From Chiloscyllium plagiosum (Eukaryota), in NCBI RefSeq assembly GCF_004010195.1, contig NC_057755.1, positions 8,255,082-8,319,081 on the forward strand: a stretch of 64,000 nt of DNA, in the 5' to 3' direction. Of the stretch, positions 12,513 to 26,212 are shown in pieces. The notes under the pieces are model-generated. The model did no database searches. It saw nothing but the letters and a program-made list of their open reading frames with translations, and was not told the DNA's origin. The position numbers and the translations under genes were made by a program. Each line of letters begins with the position of its first letter. The stretch's first letter is position 1.

Positions 12513-13385
12513 ATGCCATATGAAGTCTACTACCTCATCTGGATGTTTGCATTACCGCAAAGTTAGTCAAAGTCAGACGATGGAAAGTACAATGCATTGT
12601 CAAACAGTAGCTCACTGGTTAGCATTATATCATCTTATTTACAAAGTTAGAGGTCCGATTCTTACTCCAGATCCTGAAGCTTGATATCATGGCTTTCATT
12701 ACTGAGGAAGCTCTGCAGTTTTACAAGGTTCATAGGGAAGATATTGTGTTGAAGAGAACTGCATTCTTCACATTGAGATCATGATTCTTCTTCAGAAAAA
12801 CGCATTCCCTACTCCTAAATTGCAACATAAAACGACGCTTTAAAAATTACATCTGTACTGTCCATTAAACATTGTTGTGGTTATATCTGGGTTTGCTGAA
12901 AACGGATTGGATGAATTTTAAAAGTCACCTGATAATTCAGTTAAAAAAGAACAAAATTCTTGTAATTTGCTTTAAAAAATGCTTTTATTTTGATAGATTT
13001 TATATTACTGAATATTCTTAGTTTAAATTCAATCATTGCCCTCGTGACATATTGTCAGAAATTTGAATCTGCTCCAATTTACGTTCGACAGGAATTCTGG
13101 CCTCGTACGTGGAGCAGTCTCCAAACATCATTTCGATTTCAAGAGGAGACTCGCCTGAACTCAGATGCATGCTGAAGGATACAGCTTACAGCTACATGTA
13201 CTGGTATAGAAAGCAACCAGGAAGGGAAATAGAAGCTTTATTCCACTCTGTTGGAAAAGGGTTAGTTACAAATTACACATCAGAGCCTTACCAGGCGAAA
13301 AGACACAGTGAAACGCTGTTAACTTTAGAGCTGAGAGGCACCTCTGCACCTCACACGGCTGTCTATTTCTGTGCGTGTAGGAGCG
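12513..13385 (+). CDS. TRBV: Apparently functional TCR beta V segment, family A (A4); exons 12513-12561 and 13092-13385
   Basis: gcaccATG, 49-nt leader MPYEVYYLIWMFALPQ, phase-1 GT..AG intron, open V exon ..ELRCMLKDTAYSYMYWYRKQPG..AVYFCACRS with Cys, Trp, Cys, and a canonical RSS. Confidence 0.92.
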
Positions 13386-13424
13386 CACAGCATTTGATCA
13401 AGTATCCTTGCAGTTACAAAAACC
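13386..13424 (+). other. 23-RSS of A4
   Basis: CACAGCA, exactly 23 bp, consensus nonamer ACAAAAACC. Confidence 0.95.
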
Positions 13425-15054
13425 TGCGTCCGATCACATTTACGACGTCGATTACTCATTCTCCACCAGCAGCTGTGGTCAGATAATTCTGTTGTTATTA
13501 TATAGATGTTATTGTCACTTGTACTCAAGTGCAGAAGTACAGGTGAAGAAAAGTGCAGAAAGCGCCATGGTGTCATTTCAGATACATCTACACCTCCACC
13601 TAGGTACAAAAAATAAAACTTAAGTACAAAGCAGCAAGAGAAGCAAACCTCAAAAAGTTAAGCATTGCTTAATGGAAATAAGGAAAGAAAGAAATTAAGT
13701 GATATTTAACATTGAAATTCTTTGTAGTTGAAACTAGGAGAATAAAGGAATCTTTGAAAATTCGACAGTTTTTAGCCAGTCTCGCTCTTCAGGCACACAG
13801 GAATCGCCACTATAGCTGACGCTGCCACCTTCCCGATCTGCCCCGGAGAATCGGAACATTCCCTATCAGGATCCATAGAATGACATGCTGAGATACTGTT
13901 ATGAACTGCCGAGAGGCCGAGGATCAGTGCCGTGACGAGACCAGGTTGTAACATGCATGTGACACTGACAGACTAGGCTCGTCCACACCATGAGTCACCC
14001 AGAGACCTGCCAAAACCTGCCAATGGGGAGATCAACATCAAGACGCAGAAAACACCAAAAGGGGAACGAAAAGAGAGAAAAACAGTACAAATATATGGAA
14101 GCGAGAAATAAACAGAAGGAGCAGAAGAGCTCCAATTGGAGCATCCAACTTCGAATCTACCTTGACCAGAAGTTGTTAAAAGTACATGTTTTGTGATCAG
14201 GTAAAGAATCATAGAATGGTGAGGACAGGGAAATAGACTTCAACCAATTCTTTCACTCTCAGCGCGTTCTGTGGATTCTTCAGTTAATCACAATCCAATA
14301 CCACCCCGTTCCCCGCTCCCCACCCCGGCCAACTCCCCAACTGCAATCACGGCTTTCATTTTCATAAGCATTTTGTTATACTCTCTTCACCTTCTTCCTC
14401 TGGTCACAAGATGCAACAGTTTGAAGACAATTACGAGCAGATTTAATAATAGATTCTTCCCTGTTATTATATGAGTTTTGAACAAACTTCCTGTCATTTG
14501 AACCTGTTATTTCTCTGTATCTTCTCTGTGGCTGCATTCTGTTATTTTATTCTGATGTTCTAATGTAAGATATGATTTGCATTGCTTTTCACTTTATCTA
14601 GTTGTGTGTGATAATATAAGTCAAATCAAACAGTGCTTTCAGTGAGCTACTGGTGAATCAAAAGCATTTACGATTAAGTATAGATTCAAATTGCTTTGAG
14701 CAAATTTCAAAACATATTCTTCTTCTTTATTAAACCACTCAATCACTGGCAACATGTATTTTCCAAACTTGCATCAGGAAAGATTGACAATTTTCACTGA
14801 TCAGAGTAGTGGACTCGTCAGAGAAAGAATAAGTGCTCCTGAAAGTGTGAAGTTAGAGGGAGAAATCGCTGTTACTACTGTTTTGAGGAAATAAAGTTTC
14901 CTTTGCACTTCTAAAACAAATGCCAGATTATCACCATTCTCGTGGGAATTACCAGCCTGGAATAGAAAAATTGGCAGAGTAACAATAAACAAGCATTAAA
15001 CATTCAATTTTGGAAGATTCCAACCCACTTGAGAGATAACGTGCATTTCAAAAG

Positions 15055-16168
15055 ACAGTGTTTGATAAGGAATAGGTAGCTTGGTTTTGTGCGTGGGAGA
15101 TCATGTCTCATAAATTTGTTGGAGTTCTTTGATGAAGTGACCAAGACGGTTGACGAGGTTTGGGCGAACGGCGTAGTCAATACGGATTTCAGGAAGATCT
15201 TTGATAAGCTTCCACGTGATTAGTAGCTATAGAAGATTAGATCCCAAAGAATCCAGGGAGAGCTGGCAAAACAGTGAACAATTGGCTTGATGATAGAAAG
15301 CAGAGCGTAATAGTGGAAGGATGCTTGTCGGACTGGAGGTCTATAACTCTTGAAGTGCCTGAAAGGTCAGAGCTGGGCATGTTGCTGTTTGTTATCTGGA
15401 TCAATGATTTGGATGAGAATAACAAAGCACAATTTGTAAGTTTACAGATAATACAAAAATATAAGCCATCGTGAACAATGAGGAAGGTTATCAGGAATTG
15501 CTGCATGAACTTCATCAGCTGGGGAATCGTACCCGAGAATGGGAAATGAAGTCTAATATAAATGAGTGTGATGTCTTGCATTTTGTAAAGTCAAATCAAG
15601 GCAGGAGTTCCATTGTGAACGGTATAGCCTTAGGACTGTTGTGGAACAGGCTCTCAGTCGCACAGTTCTCTGAAGTGGAGTCACAGGTAGACAGGGTAGT
15701 GAAGAAGTGGCCACCATTTTGTCAGGGCATTGAGTATAGAAGTTGGGAAACAATGTTACAGTTGTGCAGAACTTTGATGAGGCTGCACTTGGTTTATTGT
15801 GTTCAGTTTTGGTCAGTTTACTATAGGAAGGAGGCTAATAAACAGGAAAGACTTTACACAAAATTTACAAAGATGCTGCCAGGACTCAAAGGTTTGAGTT
15901 CTAGGGAGAGATTGAACCAGCAAGGATTTTCTTTTACAGCGCAGATGACTGAGGGAGTACCTAATTCAAGTGTATAACATCAGGAGAGGCGTGGGTAAAG
16001 CTAATGCATTGAGTGTTTCTCCCAGAGTTGGTGAGTCAAGGACTGGAGAGTATCTATTGTAGGTCAGAGAGAAAAGAATAAAACGTAACCCAAGGGACAA
16101 CTTATTGTACACATAGATAGGTATGTATGTGGAATGAGATGCCAGAGGAAGTGGTTGAGACAGGCATA
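15055..16168 (+). mobile_element. CR1-type LINE RT/3' region, degraded
   Basis: ORFs NWLDDRKQSVIVEGCLSDWR..LLFVIWINDLD and LCRTLMRLHLVYCVQFWS. Confidence 0.85.
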
Positions 16169-18993
16169 TTCATAAGATCATAAGACATAGGAAAAGTAAG
16201 GTCATTCGGCCCATGGAGTCCACTCCACAATTCAATCAGCGCCCCTTCCCCACGCTCTCCCCGTATCCTTTAAGTCATTGCGAGATTAAGAATTTATCAA
16301 TCTCTGCCTTGAAGACATTTAACGTCCCAGTCTCCACTGCAGTCCATGGAAATGAATTCCACAAGCCCACTATTTTTTTGGATGAAGAAATGTCTCCTCA
16401 TTTTCGTCCTAATTTGAACACGTCTAATTCTAAAGCTGTGCCCACGGGTCCTAGTATCACCACCTGATGGAAAGAAATTACTAGCATCACCCTTTCTCAG
16501 CCATGTATTTTCTTGTAAGTTTCTATGGGACCTCCCCTCACCCTGGTAAATGCTAATGAAGACAATCCCAGGATCCTCAGCCTTTCATCGCATGGTAGGC
16601 CTGCCACTCCAGGGATCATCTGTGCGAATCTCCGCTGAACACGTTCCAGTACCAGTATGTCCTTCCTGAGATGTGGGGCCCATCTGGAACACAGTATTCT
16701 AAATGGGGCCTAACCAGATTTTTATAAAGTCTCAGTAACACATCGCTGTTTTTAGATTCAACCCTTTTGAGATAAATTACACCGTTACATTTGCTTTCTT
16801 AATCAAAGAGTCAACCTTCAAGTCAAACTTTAGAGAATCCTGTACTAACACTCCCAGATCTCTTTGTAGTTTGGCTTTACGAATTATATCACCGTTTAGA
16901 AAATAGTCCATGCCTGTATTGTTTTTTAATCCAAGGTGCAAGACCTGACATTTGCTCACATTGAATTTCATCAGCCATGTCTTGCCAAACTCTCCTCAAC
17001 TGGCTACTTCATTCTATTGGCTCCAGTGATTTTTGAAAGATTACAACCGACTCCTCCGCTATTTCTTAAGCCACCCCCCTCAGAACTCTAGGAAGTAGCC
17101 CATCGGGGCCAGGATATTTATCAATGTTTAGACCTTTATAGATTTTCTAGCACTTCCTCTTTTGTAATGGCTACCATACCTAACTCTGCCCCTTGACACT
17201 CCTAAATTATTGGTATATTACTCATGCTTTCCACAGTGAAGACTGACACAAAGTATTTATTAAGTTCTTCAGCTATTCCCTTATCTTCCATCACTTGCCT
17301 TCCTGCATCAATTTAGAGCTGTCCACTTTTGCCTCTCGTCTGTTTATTATGTATTGAAATAAACTTTTACTGTAATTTCTAATATAACTGGCTAGCTTAC
17401 CTTCATATTCGATCCTCTCCTTCCTTATTTTTCTCTTTTTTTATACTCTGTTTGATTTTTGTAGTCTTCCCAATCTTCTGATTTCCCAGTGCCCTTGGCC
17501 ACTTGAGAGGCTCTCTCTTTTTCTATGATACACTTCCTGACTTATTTTGTCAGCCATGGCTGTCTAATACCTCCCCCAGATAATATTTGTTTTCTTTGAG
17601 ATAAACCTCTGTATTGTGTCTTCCTTTACACCCAGAAACTCTTGCCATTGTTGCTCTATTGTCTTCCTCACTAGGCATTGCTTCCATTCGATATACGTCA
17701 GTTCTTCTGTCATACCATTGTAATTACCTTTATTTAACAGTAACACTATTACATCCGATTTTGCCTTCTATCTTTCAATTGCAGACTGAACTCTACCATA
17801 TTATGATCGCCGCCTCCTAAGTGTTCCCTTACTTTAAGATCTTTAATGAAGTCTACTCATTCCATTGTAGCCTCCATTACAAGTTGCTCCAAAATGCCGT
17901 CTTGTAAGCATTCCATGAATTCCCCTTCGTTGGATCCATCGGCAACATTATTCACCCAGACTATTGGCATATTGAAGTCATGGTCGCGATTATCTTGCCT
18001 TTCTGACATGCCCAATCTATTTCCTGTTACATCTTGCACCCCTGGTCCTGGCCACTGCTGAGAGGTCTGGACATAACTCCCATAGTGATTATTTTTGCGT
18101 TTGTGGTTCCTCAACTCCACTCACACAGACTCCACATCATCTGACCCTATGCCATTTAGTGCCATAGGTTTAATTTCATTCTTAACTAACAAGGCAGCCC
18201 CGACCCCTCTGCCTAGCTCCCTGACTTAATGCTTCAATATTTAAATGCCAGTCCTGGACCCCCTGTAACTCCGTCTCTGTGACGCCTATCACATCATAAT
18301 CATTCACAATGATTTGTGCTGTAAATCTATCTGCTTTGTTAGAATATTCCGAGCATTCAGGCCAAGCACATTAATGTTAATTTTCTTATCCTCATGATTT
18401 CTAACACCTCTAGTAGTATGTCCTAAGCTATTCTTCCTTTATTGCTTCATTCCTCGTCTGCCTCGAACGTAAGACATGCTCAAATGTTAGCCTGCTGCTT
18501 ATCTTTCCACTTGACTCCATACTCCCTGTTGCTCCCTTTCCTTCCCCGACTCACAAGTTTACAGACCACTCTATTTATCCTTTCACCAGAAATTGGTTCC
18601 AGACTGGTTCAGGTGCAGATAGTCCCAATGGTACAGATCGCCCCTTTTCAAAACCTACTGCCAATGTCCCATGAAATGGAATACCTCTTTCCCAGACAAA
18701 TCTCTTAGCCACGTGTTCATTTCCCTAATTTTCTTCTCCCTCTGCCAATTAGCACGTGACTCGGGCAGTAATCTAGAGATTCTGACCCTCGAGAATCTCT
18801 TCAATTTCCTTCCCAGTGCTTGATACTCCCCAAACAGGCCCTCTTTCCTACACTTGACTATGTTGTTTGTGCCAACGTGGATCACAACAGCTGGATCCTC
18901 TCCCTCCCGCTCCAATGTCTTTTCCAGCCGGTCGCAGATGCCCTGCACCATCACACCGGGCAGGAAATATTGCATGTCCAATTCAGACGACAA
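16169..18993 (-). mobile_element. CR1-type LINE with ORF2 remnants and ORF1 SGNH esterase remnant
   Basis: MKFNVSKCQVLHLG (16777-16971), EFMECLQDGILEQLV (endonuclease region) and PAVVIHVGTNNI (18655-18993, esterase block). Its tail abuts the + strand CR1. Confidence 0.85.
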
Positions 18994-19061
18994 TCATGCC
19001 AGTACCTAAGTAAGCCCATGCAACGACCTTTAATGACTGCGAGACTGTCTTTCTGACCTCC

Positions 19062-19660
19062 ATAACCATACAGTGCTTTGAGAGGCTGTTAATTGTCCAC
19101 TTCAACTCTAGTTTCCAAGACAGCCTTGATCCCCTGCAATTTGCCAACAGCCGCAACAGGTGCACAGCAGATGTCGTTTCTGTGTCCCTGCACGCATCCC
19201 TGTAACATCTGGACAAGAAGGACGCCTAGGTCGGATTCCTTCTCATCGACTAAACCTCCATCTTTAACACCATTATCCTCTATAAACAGATTTTAAAAAT
19301 CTGAGACATAGAACTTGGCTCCATCCTCTGCAACTGGATCCTCAGACATTAAACCCTTTGACCACAATCAATGAAAATATACAACTAAACCTCCTCACGT
19401 TAACACACAACACTGGAACCCTCCAAGGTTGCGTTCTAACATCCTTAATACAACCTCTGCCTACCCAAAACTATGTTGCCAAATTCTTAATGAACACCAC
19501 CTACAACGTTGCTGTTGGCACTATTGTGGTAAGAAGGATATCCACCAACGATGAGTCCGAATACTGAAAGGAGTTAGAGGGTTTGGTACCGTAGTGCAAT
19601 TTTACCAACAGATTTCTCAGTGGTGGTAAAACTAAAGAACTGATCATGGTTTTCATGGTG
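19062..19660 (+). mobile_element. Non-LTR retroelement RT fragment, probably Rex1/Babar-like
   Basis: Degraded LDPLQFA.. and NTGTLQGCVLT motifs. Confidence 0.55.
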
Positions 19661-19759
19661 TAGTTGTATATACATCCGCCAGTTCCTTGGTATTCTCATT
19701 TCCTATGAGATGCACATATGTACAAATAAGTTATCCCCTCCTTCTTTTTCAAATCTTTA

Positions 19760-21060
19760 TTTAAAGAACAACGTACCTCTACCCCGCAGTACCTCTGTTA
19801 TACAACATTACCGAAGGCCCTACCATTGATTATGCAAGCCATATCTTTGTTTGGTGTACCAAAATGCAATGCCTCGCATTTATCCAGATTGAACTAACTC
19901 TGCAATTCTTCATCCAATTGACTCATTTCATCGAGATCTTTTTGTAATCTTAAACAAATCTCTACATTGTCTAAACTCACACCAATCTTGATGTTGTCCA
20001 CAACCTTACTTTCCATGCATTCTATATCCTTATCCAAATCACTTATATAAATGACAAAGAATACCTGGAACTGATCCCGCTGGACCATCATTGATGACTG
20101 GCCTCCTTTATGAAAAGCAACACTGCAACATTACCCTCTGTCTCAAGACATTTTTATGACCATGAGGCAAGCTCATCCCAAATCTCACATGACTTAACTT
20201 TACTAATTAACGTAGCATGTGTAATTTTGTCGAAGGCGTTGCCAAAGTCCAAGTAGACACCGCCTACTGTTTTGCAATCATCGATATTTTGGTAACTTCC
20301 TCAAAAATCTCATTCACTTTTGTGAGACATAACTTTCCTCGCAAAATCCATGCTCACTATTCCTAATCATTTTTTTATCTCTCTAAATGTCCAAAACTCC
20401 TACCTTTGAGCATTACCTTCAACGATTTACTCACAAGCGAAGTTAGACACAAAGGTCTCTTGTTCCCTATTTTTTCCTTCTAACATTTCTGAAACAAAGA
20501 TAAAAGATTACCCAGTCATCAATCACCTCATCCATAGTAATAGATGATGGAAATATTTCGAGCTTCAATTTCCTCCCTGATTTCCCAACGTTCTGTGACA
20601 CATTAAGTCAGGTCCCAAAACTGTATACTACTTGATATTCTCTAAGACCTCCAGAACGTCCTCTTCTGTTTTTTTTAACAGTTTAGAAAATGTAAAAATG
20701 TATTTCTCTGTATTCTCTAGATTCAATTTCTGTCTCCAGAGTAAAAACATATGGCGAAATATTCATGCAGTACCTCTCCCATCTCCTGCAGTTCGAAACA
20801 AAGATGACCTCCTTGATGAGTACAGGATGCTACCCTTTTTCTTTCAATTTATACAATCTCTTTGGAATATCCTTAACATGATCTATGAAATGCTAGCTCG
20901 TATATCCTGGTTGTAGTCCTGATTTCTTTCTTAAGAACGTGCTTCCAGTCTTTATATTGATTAAGAGATTCAGTTGAACAAGTTGTCTTTTTTTTTTCTT
21001 GACTAGAGCCTCAATATCTTTATTTATCCATTGTTCCTTAGTTTTGCCAGTATTACCTTT
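19760..21060 (-). mobile_element. CR1-type LINE fragment, degraded
   Basis: FVIYISDLDKDIECMESKVVDNIKIG, a degenerate FADD region. Confidence 0.7.
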
Positions 21061-24000
21061 CATTCAAGTGCCCAGTTTGACCAACAGCAGAAACGAAGGG
21101 ATCTGGTGTACACAATCGCCAACTGGGCTTCACCGATTTCAAGGGGGTGAAAGCTGTTCGAATTATATAAAGCTCATCTCTGATTCCCACAACGGTGAGC
21201 TCACTGGATCGCCAGTAACAGCTCAATTGCCAAAGTCCCTCCAGTTCAGTGGCACTCTTGATCAATGGCACATGATCCACAGTTCTTTTCTTATATAATT
21301 CTTAATCAATCGGGTCAGAACTGCTCTTCCACGCCTCTGGATCAGATGGATTTCCTGGTTCACAGATAGAGTCAACACTAATGCGTCACCAATGCCTCCT
21401 GTTAGAGCACTGTGCGCAGTCTAATGTGTAGATACTTTCATGAGACTGCATCATATAATGTTCAGATAGGTTGGTGATGATACATCAGGAGCATTGATTC
21501 TAATTATGGTCCTCCTTAAAATCAACATAAAGTGAGAATCTGCATATTTAAAACAAGACAGGTAATGCTGGAGAAACTCACCAGGTCCGAAAACGTCTGT
21601 GGAGAGACAGACACAGTTAATGTTTTCAGACTGGTATGACTCTCCTTCAAAATGGTCTTCATACGTCTTAACTTGATAAAATCTGGAGCACTTTTCACCT
21701 AGCTCGAAGAAACGAATGAAGAACAGTAAAGCACAGGAACAGATCCTTTCAAGCCTGAATCGGCACATGTTACCCTTCCATACTTACAATGCTCTCAAAG
21801 AGGGGATCTGTATCCTTCTATTTCCTTGTGGTATTCGTCCATGTGGCTCTTGCAAGTTGGTACTGCGTCTGTTTCTGTCACCTGCTCTGGTAACACCTTC
21901 AAGGTAATTATCTTCCATTGTGTGAAAATGCTGCCTCGCACACCTCCATTAAATTGCCCCTCGCGCAGTTTGAAGGTGTGTTCATTAGTAATTAACCCCT
22001 CCACCATGGGAAGAAACCTCTTACTTTCCAATATATCTATGCCAGTCACGTTTATATAACCACTCTCTTACGTCATCCCCCAAACTCCTGCGTTCCAGTG
22101 AAAACAAACCCTCTCTATCTATTCTTTCCTCATATCTGAAATCTCCCACAACATGCAGTATCCTTGCAAGCAATTTCTGTACCCTCTCCAAAACATGCAC
22201 ATCCTTTTGGAATTGTGGTGATCAGAAATTTGCGCAATACACCAAGTGTGGCTTAACTAAATCTCAGGAAAGCTTCTGCATAACTTTGCTATCCTTATAG
22301 CAAATATCGCTTTCAATGAAGGTAACCATGCCATAGACCTTTGTAAAATCATTATATACCTGCACTACCACCTTCAGTGATCTGTCTACCGGCGCACTCA
22401 GATCTATGTATATCAATACTCCTAAATGTCTACTAATCACTGTATAATGTTCACCTGTTCTTGACCTTCCAAACTGCATCACCTCAAATTTATCTGGATT
22501 AAACTCCATTTTCTATTCTTCTTCCCTTACCTCCAACTGATCTCTATCCTGCTGCATCCTCTGACAATCCTCCTCACGATCCGGAGCTCCACCAATAATT
22601 GTATCATCTGCAATCTTGTTAATTAGACCATCTACCCTTTCATAAAACATAGAACACAGAAAGGTACAGCACAGAACAGGCCCTTAGGCCCACGATGTTG
22701 TTCCGAGACTTAATCCAAATGTAAAATATAGTAACTTAACCTGCGCACCCCTCAACTCACTGCTATCAATATGCATGTCCAGCAGTCGCTTAAATGTCAC
22801 CAATGCCTTTGCTTGCACCACCTCAATTGGCAATGCATTCCATGCATTCACAACTCTGCGCAAAGAATCTACCTCCGATGTCTCCTTTATACATTCCTCC
22901 TAATATCTGCAAACTATGACTACTTGTACCAGTCAATCCTGCCCTGGGGAAAAGTCGCTGGCCATTGACTCTAACTATTCCTCTCATAGTTTTGTACACC
23001 TCGATCATGTCTCCTCTCTTCCTCCTTCTCTACAGAAAGAGAAGTCCGAGCTCATTCAACCTTTCTTCATAAGGCAAGTGCTCCAGTCGAGGCAGTATCC
23101 TGGTAAACTATCTTTGTAACCTCTCCAAAGCCTCTGCATCTTTCTTATAATAGGACGACCAGAACTGGGCACAATATTTCAAGTGTGGTCTCACCAGGGA
23201 CTTGCAGAGCTGCAGCAAAACCTCACGGCTCTTAAACACGATCCTTCTGTTAATGAAAGCCAAGACACCATATGCTTTCTTAACAACTCTACCCACTTGG
23301 CTGGCAACTTTGAGGGATCTATGTACTTGCACACTCAGATCCCTCTGTTCCTCCACTCTGCCAAGTATTCTGTCTTTAATCCCATATTCAGCTTTCGAGT
23401 TCGACCATCCAAAATGCATCAATGATCCAGGTTGAACTACATCTGCCATTTCTCAGCCCAGCTCTGCATCCTTTCTATGCCGCGCTGCAGCCTGCAGTAG
23501 CCCTCTATACTATCGACGATACCTCCAACATTTGTGTCATCTGCACATTTACTAACCCACCCCTCAACCTCCTCATCCAAGTCATTTATAAAAACTACAA
23601 AGAGCAGAGGCCCAAGAACAGAGCCCTGCGGGACACCACTCAACATTGTCCTCCAGGCAGAACACTTCCCATCTACAACCACTCTCTGCCTTCTGTCAGC
23701 CAGCTAATTCTGAATCCAGATAGCCAAATCTCCCTGTATAATATACTTCCTCACTTTATGAATGAGCCTACCATGTGGAACCCTATCAAATGCCTTGCTG
23801 AAATCCATATACACCACATCCACTGCTCGACCGTCGGCGACCTGCCTTGACACCTCCTCAAATAACTTTATAAGATTTGTGAAGCACGGCCCATCCCTCA
23901 CAAAGCCATGCTGACTGCCTTTAATCACACTATGCTTTGCCAAATAGACATAAATTCTATCCCAGCGAATTCTTTCCATAACTTTGCTGACCACAGATGT

Positions 24001-25899
24001 AAGACTGACTGGTCTGTTATTGCCAGGGATTTCCATATTACCCTTCTTGAAAAGTGGAACAACATTTGCCTCCTTCCAATCCTCCAGTACGACTCCCGTG
24101 GAGTGTGAGGAGGCAAATATCCTCACGAGCGGCTTAGTAACCTCCTTTTTCACTTCCCGTAGCAGCCTAGGAAAGTCTGGGGACATTTCAATCTTAACGT
24201 TTTCCAAAATTACTAGCACCTCAACTTCATCAGTCTTGATCTGGTAAAGACTGTATCCCAGCACCTCTAAGTTTTCATTTACGACAAGTTCCCTTCCTTG
24301 GTGAAAACCGAAGGAAAAAGCTCATTGAGGGCTTCCCCTATCTGCTCAGACTCCACGCACAAGTTCCCTCCGCTATCCCAGATCGGCCCGACCTTCTCCC
24401 TGATCATTCTATTGTTTCTCACGTATGAGTAAAATGCCTTTGGCTTCTCCCGAATATGTCTTGTCAAGCCTTTTTCCTGCCCCCTCCTGGCTCTCCTCAA
24501 TCCATTTTTGAGCTCCTTTCTCGCAAGCGTGCAATCGTCTAACGCTGTGCTAGATCCTTGCTTCCTCCACCTTACGTAAGCTGCCTTCTTCCTTTTGATG
24601 AAAAATGCCTCTCTTCTCGTCATCCAAGGTTCCTTAGTCTTACCCTTCTTACCTGCTTCTTGGGAACAAATTTGAGCATAAATCGCAACAACCGCTCCTT
24701 AGATAGTCTCCACATGTCTGTTGTGCCCTTTCTGTGGAACAGTTGCTCCCAACCTATACTTCCCAACTCCTGTCTGATAGTGTCATAATTTTCTTTTCCC
24801 CAATTAAATATCTTCCTTCGGTAACTGTTCCTTTCACTCTCCAAGGCTATGCTAAATTTGAGGTAGTTGCGATCACTTTCACCAAAGTGCTCTCCCCGTG
24901 CGAGATCTGACACCTGTCCTGGCTCGTTGCTGAGCACCAACTCCAAAATGGCCTCTCCCCTCTACATACTGAGTAAGAAAACCCTCCTGAATACACCTGA
25001 CAAAAACGGCTCCTTCCAAATCATCTGCACTTAGGAGGTTCTAGTCGATATTGGGAAAATTAAAATCACCCACAACAACAACCCTGCTACTTTTGCATTT
25101 TTCCAGAATCTGCCTGCCTATGAGATCTTCTATCTCTCTAATGCTCTACTGTAGTCTGTAGAAAACCCCCAATGCATAGGCTATTCTCTTGCTGTTCCTA
25201 ACTTCCACCCATACTGACTCAGTAGACAAATCTTATTCAACAACCTTCGTTTCTGTAGCTGTGATGCACTCTCTGATTAGCAAAGCGACACCCCCTCCTC
25301 TTTTTCCACCCTCCCTGTTATTTTTAAACGTTCTAAACCCTGGAACATCAAGCAACCATTCCTGCTCCTGTGGAACCCATGTCTCCGTTATGACCACAAC
25401 ATCATAGCCCCAAGTACAGATCCATGCTCTAAATTCATCACTTTTATTCCAGACACGCCATGCAATAAAGCAGACACTTTAACCAATCCCTATGTTTCAT
25501 CGCGTGAGAAACCTTCCTGATAGATTCAATATATCCTGTCACTTTCTTGTGTGCAACTGACCCCCTACCAGACATGTGGCTATGATTCCCACCCTCCTGC
25601 CAAACGAGTTTAAACCCTCCAGAGTCGCACGAGCAAATCTCCCACCCAGGACATTTGTACCCCTCCCGTTCAGGTGCAACCCGTCCTTCATGTGCAGGTC
25701 CCACCTTCCCCAGAACGTATCCCAATGGTCTAGGTATCTAAAGCCCTGCCTCCTCCACGTGTTAAGCTGCATTCACTGACTATTGCTCATCTCACTATCT
25801 CGTGGCACCGGTAGCAAACCTGAGATCACTACTCAATTCGTCCTGCTCTTCAGTTTCCAACCTAAATCTCTGTAGTCACTTTTCAGATCCTCAATCCCT

Positions 25900-26212
25900 T
25901 TAGATTAGATTAGATTAGATTAGATTATTTACAGTGTGGAAACAGGCCCTTCGGCCCAACAAGTCCACACCGACCCGCCGAAGCGCAACCCACCCATACC
26001 CCTACATTTACCCCTTACCTAACACCATGGCCAATTCACCTGACCTGCACATCTTTGGGTTGTGGGAGGAAACCGGAGCACCCGGAGGAAACCCACGCAG
26101 ACACGGGGAGAATGTGCAAACTCCACACAGTAAGTCGCCTGAGGCGGGAATTGAACCCGGGTCTCTGGCGCTATGAGGCAGCAGTGCTAACCACTGTGCC
26201 ACCGTGCCGCCC
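25900..26212 (-). mobile_element. HE1-type tRNA-derived SINE inserted in CR1 ORF1
   Basis: Head gggcggcacggtggcacagtggttagcac, B box ggttcaattccc, V-SINE core and (TCTAA)n tail. Nearly identical to the copy at 56622-56930. Confidence 0.9.

Noticed and set aside
13480-14640. Possible novel ORFs after A4
   Set aside because: The ORFs are short with no recognisable motif; the region looks like an unclassified repeat plus a LINE 3' end.
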